Part shown: positions 38,549-47,122 of the stretch, in pieces
Numbering within the stretch: position 1 is the first letter of the stretch
Layout of the letters: every line of letters starts with the position of its first letter
From: an uncultured Bacteroidota bacterium
GTDB lineage: Bacteria > Bacteroidota > Bacteroidia > Chitinophagales > Chitinophagaceae
DNA length: 64,000 bases
Assembly (NCBI GenBank): GCA_963703355.1
Contig: OY969813.1
Coordinates: 800,564-864,563 of the forward strand
Direction: 5' to 3'
Position numbers and translations under genes: made by a program
The notes under the pieces: model-generated
The model's database searches: none
What the model saw: the letters and a program-made list of their open reading frames with translations, nothing else
What the model was told of the DNA's origin: nothing

Positions 38549-38622
38549 GGACCGGTAGCTCAGTTGGATAGAGCAGCTGCCTTCTAAGCAGCAGGCCATT
38601 GGTTCGAATCCAATCCGGTTCA
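38549..38622 (+). tRNA. tRNA-Arg (anticodon TCT)
   Basis: 74-nt cloverleaf read by eye: acceptor GGACCGG/CCGGTTC, D arm GCTC-AGTTGGATA-GAGC, anticodon arm GCTGC-CTTCTAA-GCAGC, T arm ATTGG-TTCGAAT-CCAAT, discriminator A. CCA is not encoded. Confidence 0.9.
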
Positions 38623-38794
38623 CAGGTAAATCATATCAAATACGCCACCACAAAAGGTTTGCGGGTTTTTTGCTTAAAATCGTTGGCCATTTTCGTTGGC
38701 TACTCTTATAGACGGCTGCTCCGGCGGAGGGCTCCAATTGTGTCTGGTTATTTCATGTAATCTGGAAAGTTTTCTGAATTTTGTTTGATAGGCA

Positions 38795-39286
38795 TTATAG
38801 GTGTCGTCCCTTTTTATTTTGCTTTTTCTCTTTGTCTGTCAATTTTTTAATCTCCTGTATATCAGCCAGGTCCTGGATTCTGCCAGATGCTTGCTTGTTT
38901 TTTACAAAATCATTTAAGCCAATATAATTTAATAGCAAATCGGTTTCGATTGCTATCTGGTTCATTTGTTTGACTGCTTCGTCAAATTCAACACCGTCGA
39001 TGGAATTGAGTATATCAATTCGCAATGGCGGATAACCGATCTGGGTCATATAACCCGGTTTCAGAAAATCATCTTTTTTAAAACCCATGGAAGACATTCC
39101 AAAATCGTTCAAAACTTTCAGCATCCTCGATGCGTTTTTTTCAGAAATATTAATCCATATATCCAAATCACCGGTGTGTCGCGGCTTACCATGAAAAGCA
39201 AGCGCGTAACCGCCAACGACCATATATTCTATTTCATACCGGTTTAGAAGTTTTACGAAATCTTCAAAATCCTTCGCAAGTGTCAT
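38795..39286 (-). CDS. minimal Pol-beta-superfamily nucleotidyltransferase-fold protein (toxin/antitoxin- or Abi-type candidate)
   Basis: 163 aa. YMVVGGYALAFHGKPRHTGDLDIWI resembles the G-x-x...[DE]xD nucleotidyltransferase signature. The start overlaps the upstream stop (ATGA). Confidence 0.55.
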   Translation of the reverse strand: MTLAKDFEDFVKLLNRYEIEYMVVGGYALAFHGKPRHTGDLDIWINISEKNASRMLKVLNDFGMSSMGFKKDDFLKPGYMTQIGYPPLRIDILNSIDGVEFDEAVKQMNQIAIETDLLLNYIGLNDFVKNKQASGRIQDLADIQEIKKLTDKEKKQNKKGRHL

Positions 39287-39705
39287 GATTTCAGTTTTCT
39301 CTTTACAACCCGGGTCTTATCGATGTGAACTAATTTGTCCATGGTGCCGGTTATCATTTCAGTTACAGCCGCTACCCGAAATAATGGAGGTTTGGAAAGC
39401 CAGAATGCTAAATTTTGCATTCCCTCTTCTGCTTCTTTCAATTTTACTTTCCGCAAGGTGGGAACAATGCTTCTTACCTTTACAGGCATCAAAGTGAATT
39501 TAGGTTTCAAAAAGACTTCTTTCCGTTCAATTCTGACCTCAGCATTCTCGTACGCAATTTTGTCTTTGCTCAAATAATTACTTAGCGTATTGTAGTTGTA
39601 TCCACTGTAGCTCAAACAAAAATTCTTCAGGCTGGAAAATACGTCAAATGTATTTTCAGTCCTGGTTTTCCAATGCACAATAACAACCCTCTTTTTTTGA
39701 ATCAT
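39283..39705 (-). CDS. partner protein of the nucleotidyltransferase, function unknown
   Basis: About 141 aa from MIQKKRVVIVHW... The N-terminal ~65-aa domain and the basic C-terminal segment (...AFWLSKPPLFRVAAVTEMI...RVVKRKLKS) were not recognised. The ORF track starts 8 codons earlier (39729). Confidence 0.45.
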   Translation of the reverse strand: MIQKKRVVIVHWKTRTENTFDVFSSLKNFCLSYSGYNYNTLSNYLSKDKIAYENAEVRIERKEVFLKPKFTLMPVKVRSIVPTLRKVKLKEAEEGMQNLAFWLSKPPLFRVAAVTEMITGTMDKLVHIDKTRVVKRKLKS

Positions 39706-39820
39706 AGAAAAAAAATACCGATATGACAAATATAATACTAATATATGTCATTCCCCAATCGATAATCAGGACCTCACGAAATAGATACCGCAGTCAGACT
39801 TTTTAAATCAAGGATAAATC

Positions 39821-39847
39821 GGTTCGAAATTTGTCCAATCCGGTTCA
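39821..39847 (+). repeat. direct repeat of the tRNA-Arg 3' end (candidate distal att site)
   Basis: 8 nt plus 13 nt are identical to the tRNA 3' end; the single T between them in the tRNA is ATTTGT here. It lies 43 nt before the convergent permease gene stop. Confidence 0.6.
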
Positions 39848-39890
39848 TAAGAACCTGTCTTCAGATCTGGCTGCAGAATTTGGAACGTAT

Positions 39891-41171
39891 TCACGCCATT
39901 TTGCTGGGCTTGTCAAACAGATATACCACCCATCCGGTAAGTAATATTCCCACACCGATACTGCTTTCAACCGGTTTTTCAACATAAGTGAAGATGAGCG
40001 ACCAGGCATTAAAGACCAGGAAGATCAATTGAAAATAAGGTTTCAGAGGCGCTTTAAAAGTATGCGCCCCGGAATTGCGGATAAAAAGGCTCGATGCAAC
40101 AGAAAGCGAGGTCACCAGCTGAAGAACAAATCCGGCGTATAATAATACTTTTTCAAAGGAACCGGTAAGAGCCAGGAGTACGCTGATGAATACATGCAGC
40201 CAAAGGGCACGAACCGGAATGCCATGCGAATTTTTCCTGCCAAGAAATCTCCATAAATGGTTTTCGCGTGCCATGGCATAAGTGACCCTCGGTCCGACCC
40301 ACAAATAGGAACTAACCGTAGCAATTAGCTGAACCGCAATAAAAGCGCTCACCCATTTTCCCCCGGTACTACCGAGCAGGTTGCTGAAAGAAATGAATGT
40401 TACTTCTTCCCTACCCTGCAGCTGAATTATCGTCGCATTTTTCAACAGCACATATTGAAACAGTACATAAACGACCGAGACAAACAAAGTACTGCCGATC
40501 AAAGCCCGGGGAAGATTTTTTTCAGGGTTTCTGATTTCATCGGCCACATATGCCGCTGCGTTCCACCCGGTATAGGCGAATGCGACAAATATCATGGAGA
40601 CGGCAAATCCGGGTTTAAATACTTCGTGTTTCCAGGAATCACCCAGATTGATGGCATTGCTGTTGTGGCCCGGTAAAATAAAGCCCAGCAGGATCAGGCA
40701 ACATATAAAGGCCATCTTGACAAGTGTCGAACCGTTTTGAAAACGGCTGCTGTGTCGGATGGTGAAACTGTGCATGAGTCCGATAAAAACGATCACGGCA
40801 ACGGCAAGCCATACATTGCTGTTGAGTCCGAACGGAGCAAGGTATTTGGTAAAAGCCATGGCGGCCAGCGCCACCGGAGCAGAGAAGCCAAGCGTGAGTC
40901 CAGCCCACGCAGAAAGGTAGCCGAGGGCCGGATGAAATACACGGGAGAGATAAATATAATCACCGCCCGATTCCTTAAAGTGTGTCCCCAGTTCTGCATA
41001 CGAAAAAGCACCGAAAAGTGAAAGCACGCCGCCTAATAGCCAGAGCAGCAAAATGCCCCAGGTATTTTGTATGGACGAAAGTTGAAATCCGATACTGGTG
41101 AAAACACCGGTTCCAATCATATTAGCCACAACAATGGAGGATGCCGTTAAAATGCCAATTTTCTTAATCAA
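39891..41171 (-). CDS. APC-superfamily amino-acid/polyamine permease
   Basis: 426 aa with about 12 predicted TM helices and an N-terminal GIL..SSIVVANMIGTGVFTS motif typical of APC transporters. Confidence 0.75.
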   Translation of the reverse strand: MIKKIGILTASSIVVANMIGTGVFTSIGFQLSSIQNTWGILLLWLLGGVLSLFGAFSYAELGTHFKESGGDYIYLSRVFHPALGYLSAWAGLTLGFSAPVALAAMAFTKYLAPFGLNSNVWLAVAVIVFIGLMHSFTIRHSSRFQNGSTLVKMAFICCLILLGFILPGHNSNAINLGDSWKHEVFKPGFAVSMIFVAFAYTGWNAAAYVADEIRNPEKNLPRALIGSTLFVSVVYVLFQYVLLKNATIIQLQGREEVTFISFSNLLGSTGGKWVSAFIAVQLIATVSSYLWVGPRVTYAMARENHLWRFLGRKNSHGIPVRALWLHVFISVLLALTGSFEKVLLYAGFVLQLVTSLSVASSLFIRNSGAHTFKAPLKPYFQLIFLVFNAWSLIFTYVEKPVESSIGVGILLTGWVVYLFDKPSKMA

Positions 41172-41544
41172 TCAGGGGTGGCGTAATAGTGATGAAACGA
41201 ATGAAGTACAATATCGCTTTTATTTTAAATGTTCCGAAATCAGAAATGAACATCTGTCAATGGATGGTAGTCAGGGATAGCTTTGACTCTGCATAGGATT
41301 ATCAAATAGTCGTCAACACTTTGTCAGCACTATGCAAATATTTCGAGATCTCCCTACTACTCATAACAGAGTTGAAAACCTGTAACGATGCTCGTTCCCG
41401 CACGATTACCGTATCGAAACCGGACATTATTGTCCATTGCCGGCTTTGAAAGAAGAATGGTCTTCAAGACTTTATAAATCCGGCACTTTTTTGGAACCAT
41501 CCTGAAGACTTCGCCGCCTTACCCGTCCTAAAACCAACCATTCC

Positions 41545-43989
41545 ATGTTCCGCAACTTTCTCAAGATCGCCTTCCGCAGCCTCAGGAAAAACAAGGGCTT
41601 TACCGCCCTCAACATCATCGGCCTTGCTACCGGCCTCGGCGTCTGCCTGTTGATCGTCCTGTACGTCACCGATGAGCTGAGTTACGACCGATACAATGTA
41701 AATGCCGACCGCATCTATCGGATCGACGAGGATGTCTACTTAAACAACACCCATTACGATGCTGTCACCACTTCCAAATTTTTCGGCCCCGCGCTCGTCG
41801 CTTCGTATCCGAAGATCCGGCAGATGGTCCGGTTCCGCAACCCGGGTGACCTGCTGGTGAAGAAGGACAACGACCACGTCTTCGAACATCACTTCACTTT
41901 TGCCGACTCGACGATTTTCAAGGTCTTCACGCTGCCCATGATCGCCGGCGACCCCAATACCGCTCTCAACAACCCTCATTCGATCGTAATCGATGAAAGT
42001 GCCGCCCGCCGCTATTTTAACAGCACCGATGTCATCGGTCGCACGCTGGTGGTGGATAATGACAATAAGCTCCTCAAGATCACCGGCGTTATCCGGGACA
42101 TGCCGGAACAGTCGCAGTTCCATTTCAGCTTCATTCGGCCCCTCCGCGAAGCCTACAATTTTAATGACCCCGGCGACAACAACTGGATAAGTAATTCTTA
42201 TTATACTTATGTCCTCGCCCAACCCGGCACCACGCGGGCCGAGGTCCAGAGGTATGTAGACGAAGTCGTCAAGCTCCATATTGGCCCGGCTCTCCAGTCA
42301 ATGTTCCGTACTTCGGGCGCCGACCTCGAGAAAGCAGGAAATCACTTCCGGTGCCCCATCACCCCTCTCACCGACGTACACCTCCATTCCAATAAGTCTG
42401 GTGAGCTCGATGTCAACAGCAATATTCAGTTCGTATACATTTTCTCCGTCATCGCCGTGCTTATCCTCCTAATCGCCTGTGTCAATTTCATGAATCTCAG
42501 CACCGCCCGCTCCGCCAATCGCGCAAAGGAAGTGGGCATCCGCAAAGTAGCCGGTTCAACAAAAGGACACCTCATTATCCAGTTCCTAACCGAGTCCGTC
42601 CTGCTCAGCCTCTTGTCGCTCGTCCTTGCCCTTTTTGTTGCAGTCCTGCTGTTACCGGTGTTCAATCAGCTCGCCGACAAATCGCTTCATCCCGATGTGC
42701 TCTTCAGCGGCCAGTTCCTGCCCTTCGTCATTCTCCTGGTGGTGCTTGTTGGCTGTCTCGCAGGCAGCTACCCCGCATTCTATCTTTCTTCTTTTCAGCC
42801 AATCGATGTATTGAAAGGAAAGATAGCCGCAGGCTTCCGGAGCAGCTGGCTCCGCAGCAGTCTTGTGGTTTTTCAATTTTTTATTTCTATTGGGCTTATC
42901 ATAAGTACCCTCGTCATTTACCGCCAGCTGAACTATATTCGAAATAAGGAGGTCGGCTTCAACCGGGATCAGGTACTCGTCATCCATGGTACCTGGTCAC
43001 TCGGCCGGGATGGTACGACCAACCTTCGCAATAACCTGCTCACCCTTGCCGGGGTCACCGACGTTACTATCACCCCCGACCTACCCACCGTTGGAGGCGG
43101 CCAGTACTGGCAGGAAGGCTGGTTCCCGGATGCCTCGCTCGACGCCCAAAAGGCGATCCTCATGACTACGCTCAGGATCGACGACCGTTATATTCCTACA
43201 CTCGGCATGCAGATGATCAAAGGCCGCAATTTCGACCTCGCGCAATTTCCTACCGACTCCACCGGCATCATCGTCAATGAAGCCGCCGTAGCGACGCTCG
43301 GCGTAAAAGACCCGCTCAGTCTGATCCTCTACAATCACGATGATCTGTTCAGGACGATCACTTATCATGTTGTCGGCGTTGTAAAGAATTTCAACTATAA
43401 CTCTATGCATGACAAGATCCACCCCCTGATCATGGTGGCCAATACGTATAACTGGAGTAGCATGGCCGTCCGCTTCCACGCGAATGATCTCGTCAGTCTA
43501 GTCCGGCAGGTGGAAACTAAGTTCCATGCTGCTAAACAGGGATTACCTTTCAGCTACACTTTTATGGATAACGACTTTGACAGATTGTATCACACCGAGC
43601 AGCAGACCGGCCGAATCTTTATCAGCTTCGCCGTCTTCGCCATCCTCATTGCCTGCCTCGGCCTCTTCGGCCTCGTTACCTATGCTGCAGAACAACGCAC
43701 CAAGGAGATCGGTATCCGCAAAGTCCTTGGCGCCCGCGTCACCAGCATCGTTAGTCTGCTTAGCAGGGACTTCACAATGCTTGTCGGGATCGCTTCGCTC
43801 ATCGCCTTCCCCGTCGCGTGGTGGGCCATGCACAAATGGCTGGAGACCTTTGCCTATCGTACGGAAATTAGTTGGTGGATCTTCCTCGTGGCCGGCGCTG
43901 TCGCCCTCATGATTGCGCTGTTGACGGTCAGTATGCAGACTCTCCGCGCTGCCCTCGCCAATCCTGTAAAATCACTCCGCAGCGAATGA
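41545..43989 (+). CDS. duplicated FtsX/MacB-like ABC-transporter permease (orphan; compositionally foreign)
   Basis: 814 aa with N-terminal FRNFLKIAFRSLRKNKGFTALNIIGLATGL. Two FtsX-type 4-TM modules each follow a large extracytoplasmic domain (RSANRAKEVGIRKVAGS and EQRTKEIGIRKVLGA). GC3 is very high relative to neighbours. Confidence 0.85.
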   Translation: MFRNFLKIAFRSLRKNKGFTALNIIGLATGLGVCLLIVLYVTDELSYDRYNVNADRIYRIDEDVYLNNTHYDAVTTSKFFGPALVASYPKIRQMVRFRNPGDLLVKKDNDHVFEHHFTFADSTIFKVFTLPMIAGDPNTALNNPHSIVIDESAARRYFNSTDVIGRTLVVDNDNKLLKITGVIRDMPEQSQFHFSFIRPLREAYNFNDPGDNNWISNSYYTYVLAQPGTTRAEVQRYVDEVVKLHIGPALQSMFRTSGADLEKAGNHFRCPITPLTDVHLHSNKSGELDVNSNIQFVYIFSVIAVLILLIACVNFMNLSTARSANRAKEVGIRKVAGSTKGHLIIQFLTESVLLSLLSLVLALFVAVLLLPVFNQLADKSLHPDVLFSGQFLPFVILLVVLVGCLAGSYPAFYLSSFQPIDVLKGKIAAGFRSSWLRSSLVVFQFFISIGLIISTLVIYRQLNYIRNKEVGFNRDQVLVIHGTWSLGRDGTTNLRNNLLTLAGVTDVTITPDLPTVGGGQYWQEGWFPDASLDAQKAILMTTLRIDDRYIPTLGMQMIKGRNFDLAQFPTDSTGIIVNEAAVATLGVKDPLSLILYNHDDLFRTITYHVVGVVKNFNYNSMHDKIHPLIMVANTYNWSSMAVRFHANDLVSLVRQVETKFHAAKQGLPFSYTFMDNDFDRLYHTEQQTGRIFISFAVFAILIACLGLFGLVTYAAEQRTKEIGIRKVLGARVTSIVSLLSRDFTMLVGIASLIAFPVAWWAMHKWLETFAYRTEISWWIFLVAGAVALMIALLTVSMQTLRAALANPVKSLRSE

Positions 43990-44107
43990 AATGTTTAGTA
44001 AAGCGGCACGACTGAAAATTCCAGGAGCAGGATTATCTATCAAATGGTTCTACGATGAACCTTAGATAATTGATTTAGAAAACGGTTAGAAGCGTTCATC
44101 TTCACTT

Positions 44108-44649
44108 TTAAACAGTGACCGCTATTTTACCCGCAGTACGACGGGTTTCAATTTGTTTATGGGCCTCCACGATATTATTGAAAGGATACGTTTTTGCCAG
44201 GTAAGTTTTGATTATACCCTTCGACATTAAATCTGCAATGGTTCTTAAATCTTCTCCAGTCAAAACAGCCATTGGTGTAGCTGCATCTTCTTCAAAACTG
44301 ATATTAAACGGCTTACGGGCTAATACTTCAGCATTTACCGTCGCGAATTCAGCATAGCCACGGGCATTTGGCAAAAGTGCGAATACCGCATCGCCAATGT
44401 CAAACGCTTCAACGTCTTCAGCTTTGTCAACAATTTCTCCGGATATATCCCAGCCAATAATTACAGGTCGTTCTTCACCAAATAGTGCGCTAATAAATGC
44501 GGCTGAATTGCGATAAATGGCATCGGCTGGATTAATGCCGATTGCTTTTACTTAATTAAAACTTCGCCCTTTTTTAAACCAGGTTTTGCTGATTCGCCAA
44601 GTACCAATTTATCTGGTCCTCCTGCTTCGTATAATAAGTATGCTTTCAT
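44108..44649 (-). pseudogene. decayed zinc-type alcohol dehydrogenase / NADPH:quinone oxidoreductase gene
   Basis: The minus strand reads MKAYLLYEAGGPDKLVLGESAKPGLKKGEVLIK* and, after a 1-nt shift, VKAIGINPADA...GWDISGEIV...GYAEFATVNAEVLARKP...FEEDAATPMAVLTGEDL...AHKQIETRRTAGKIAVTV. The Rossmann domain between AVLT and the C-terminal strand is missing. Confidence 0.75.
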
Positions 44650-44897
44650 AAATCCAAAATAATAGTTTGGTTTTGGACGAATATAAACCATGCCACAATC
44701 TGCCCCAATCATTTATACACCTCCCTGAATCGCAATCGAACAGAAATAAAAACATCTACGACTGTAAAGAATTGTTCATCACCGGCGAATCACAACAAGA
44801 TTAAAACAGATAAAAATTCGCATGATTTTTGAACCATATAGCCTCTGCAATTACTGAAACCCACCTGACCGGATTTATGTCCCGACAATTCCAAAAG

Positions 44898-44954
44898 ACG
44901 TAAAATGACGTAAAGAAACGTAAAGAAACGTAAAGAGACGTAAAGAGACGTAAA
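44898..44954. repeat. 10-bp-phased tandem array (ACGTAAAGAR, about 6 copies)
   Basis: ACGTAAAATG ACGTAAAGAA ACGTAAAGAA ACGTAAAGAG ACGTAAAGAG ACGTAAA, in the intergenic region between the pseudogene and the 45136 gene. Confidence 0.9.
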
Positions 44955-45097
44955 CGCGCTATCCAACCGCTGGGTTACATTCGCATTACACCGGACAAGA
45001 AAAAGACATATTCTGGCTGCGGACACGTGATTCAATGCCAGATATATCCACTAACTGTAAGAGAAAATTCAGCTGAAGTATGAGAACTTATTAAATC

Positions 45098-45105
45098 TAT
45101 ATTTG
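45098..45105 (+). promoter_or_regulatory. candidate -7 box (TATATTTG)
   Basis: TAnnTTTG match 31 nt upstream of the ATG at 45136. Confidence 0.35.
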
Positions 45106-45135
45106 AGTAACTACTATTGTAAACAAACCTGAACA

Positions 45136-46053
45136 ATGCCTCCTTATTACGGCATGCCATATGGCACAGCACCTGGTTTTTGTTTTCCGCTGACCGAACT
45201 ATGCGTTTACATTCTTTTTATTATTTGCATAGTGCACTCTGTTCGCCATAACTATAAACATTTGGGATTTATGTTGGGCGGAGTAGTTTTTGGTTTGTTG
45301 TTGGAATTTGTGGACGTGTATTTTTTGAATGGATATACTTACGGCCGATTTATGGTAATGCTCGGAAAGGATCCTTTGGACATTCCCTTTTGGATTGGCG
45401 TGGGTTGGGGCATCATCATGTATTCATCGAGATTGTATACGGATAAACTGGGACTTCCAATTTTTGCAGCTGCCGCATTTGACGCGCTGCTTGCATTAAA
45501 TATCGATGGAACGTTGGATGTCACAGCCTATCGCCTTCATATGTGGGACTGGGGCTGGTCTGCAAATCACGCGGATCCACTTACCGCCCAGTGGTTCGGT
45601 ATTCCATGGAACAACTATTTTGGATGGCTCGTGGTGATATTTACCTATTCAGGATTTAGCAGGCTATTTAGTAAATGGAAGATCAAAATTTTAATTCCAC
45701 TGGCTGCTATCGTTTTTTCAGAAATCATCTTATTCGCCCTGTTCAATAATATTAATAATTGGCTGTATGATCATTTTGGAATTCGGTCTCTGCATTTGTT
45801 TATTGGTTTATCGCTACTCCTGATCTTGCTGATTCTATTCGGATGGAAAAAAAGAAAGCCCGTTAAACAGTCTTCATTTGCAGTTCCTGCATGGCTTGTT
45901 CCGGCATGGTTTCACATTTATTTTTCTATCTGGTTTTTTGTTTCCGGGTTCAACCGGGAAAATAACTGGATGACGATATTTGCTCTGACAAATCTTTTAT
46001 TAGCGATATTGATTCATTTGTTTACCAAGCCTATCCCTTCGCATGTCACTTAA
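45136..46053 (+). CDS. polytopic membrane protein (possibly DUF422 / carotenoid-biosynthesis-protein-like)
   Basis: 305 aa with 7 or more hydrophobic helices. WFGIPWNNYFGWLVV resembles the conserved motif recalled for DUF422. The assignment is weak. Confidence 0.35.
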   Translation: MPPYYGMPYGTAPGFCFPLTELCVYILFIICIVHSVRHNYKHLGFMLGGVVFGLLLEFVDVYFLNGYTYGRFMVMLGKDPLDIPFWIGVGWGIIMYSSRLYTDKLGLPIFAAAAFDALLALNIDGTLDVTAYRLHMWDWGWSANHADPLTAQWFGIPWNNYFGWLVVIFTYSGFSRLFSKWKIKILIPLAAIVFSEIILFALFNNINNWLYDHFGIRSLHLFIGLSLLLILLILFGWKKRKPVKQSSFAVPAWLVPAWFHIYFSIWFFVSGFNRENNWMTIFALTNLLLAILIHLFTKPIPSHVT

Positions 46054-47109
46054 ATATTTCCTCACAGGGATATCGTAAAATATCATTATGAGCCACGATG
46101 CCACTATTACGAATATCAACCCGCACATGATGATCCACGTCAGTTGCGTCGTGCCGGGCTTGTGACTCAAATAATAATTACCGTAAATCCACAACACGGC
46201 ATAGTGCGTCATGTACAATGGATAAGAGATCTTTCCCAGGAACATACAGATCTTTTTTATGCCTGTTGTTAAAATGCCTCCTGCACCCAATGCGATCAAA
46301 AACGGGAAATAAAACACCACCACCAAAATTTCAGTTAACCAACTCCATTTCGAATACGGCATGATAAAAGCGAGGAACAACAAAAAAGCCATGCCAATAA
46401 ATCCCAGTTTGTTTTTGATGATCCAGTTTGAACGATAGATAAGAAGTCCTGCTAAAAAAGAATATGACACCCGAACACCGCCATCCCAGAAAGTTGCCCC
46501 ATTCCATCCGCCCAATAAATTACCCGCGCGATAACTTACTATACAAATATCTGCCGCTGAAATAATGGTTAACAGCAACAGATAGCTGCGTTTCAACCTG
46601 CAAAGGACGCCTACGTAAACGATGTTGGCAACATATTCCCAAAACAGCGACCAGGAAGGCGCATTAAAGCTGAATAGATTGAATGAACGATCGGCTATTA
46701 CCGGAAAAGGAATGAGAAGGATCGAACAAATAAATGTCAGTATGACCTTACCGGTACTGTACATTTCAGGATGGCCACCAAAAGGATCAAATAAAAATGC
46801 AAGCAGTCCCAACACCGATCCCGATATAACCAGCGGGTGCAAGCGAATAAGTCGCGATGTAAAAAATTCGCGCATGCCCATTTTTGAAATGCGATCGTCA
46901 TAGGCATAGCCAATCACAAATCCCGAAAGACAAAAGAAAAAGTCAACAGCTAAAAACCCATGGCCGAGAAAATTGTGACTGGAGTCGTAAACCCATTCCA
47001 TAAAATGAAACGTCACTACAGAAAGTGCAGCAACTCCTCTTAACCCGTCGAGAATTTCGTAATGCTTTTTGGTTTTTAGAATCGATCCGTCGGTTTTGTA
47101 CATAAGCAC
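46000..47109 (-). CDS. acyltransferase family 3 (OafA-like) membrane protein
   Basis: 369 aa with N-terminal HYEILDGLRGVAALSVVTFHF and about 10 TM helices, typical of acyltransferase_3. Confidence 0.8.
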   Translation of the reverse strand: MLMYKTDGSILKTKKHYEILDGLRGVAALSVVTFHFMEWVYDSSHNFLGHGFLAVDFFFCLSGFVIGYAYDDRISKMGMREFFTSRLIRLHPLVISGSVLGLLAFLFDPFGGHPEMYSTGKVILTFICSILLIPFPVIADRSFNLFSFNAPSWSLFWEYVANIVYVGVLCRLKRSYLLLLTIISAADICIVSYRAGNLLGGWNGATFWDGGVRVSYSFLAGLLIYRSNWIIKNKLGFIGMAFLLFLAFIMPYSKWSWLTEILVVVFYFPFLIALGAGGILTTGIKKICMFLGKISYPLYMTHYAVLWIYGNYYLSHKPGTTQLTWIIMCGLIFVIVASWLIMIFYDIPVRKYLSDMRRDRLGKQMNQYR

Positions 47110-47122
47110 TCAGGAATGAATC

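Larger units (their letters stand above)
38623..39847. mobile_element. 1.2-kb integrated islet (integrase-less remnant) at the 3' end of tRNA-Arg
   Basis: The tRNA 3' end GGTTCGAATCCAATCCGGTTCA (38601-38622) recurs as GGTTCGAA-atttgt-CCAATCCGGTTCA at 39821-39847. Only two coupled minus-strand ORFs lie between the copies. Confidence 0.6.

Noticed and set aside
41740-43912. Many long ORFs (62-179 aa) on both strands inside the 814-aa permease gene.
   Set aside because: They are explained by the high GC content, and hence stop-codon depletion, of this foreign gene. The translations are Ala/Arg/Gly/Pro-rich nonsense, and the FtsX-family reading frame is unambiguous.
44898-44954. Possibility that the tandem arrays (this one and the 7-8-nt tracts) are CRISPR arrays.
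   Set aside because: The units are 7-10 nt and directly abut one another with no spacers, and no cas genes are present in the window.
44955-44990. Minus-strand stretch GCGAATGTAACCCAGCGGTTGGATAGCGCG next to the 10-bp array resembles a tRNA acceptor/D-arm (…AGCGGTTGGATAGCGCG).
   Set aside because: No D-stem pairing, no anticodon or T arm, and no complementary 3' acceptor strand could be found. At best it is a decayed tRNA fragment, which cannot be supported.
44790-45035. 81-aa minus-strand ORF covering the 10-bp tandem array.
   Set aside because: Its central part is just the repeat translated (…LYVSLRFFTFLYVILR…). It has no promoter or start context and no recognisable fold, so it is treated as non-coding repeat DNA.
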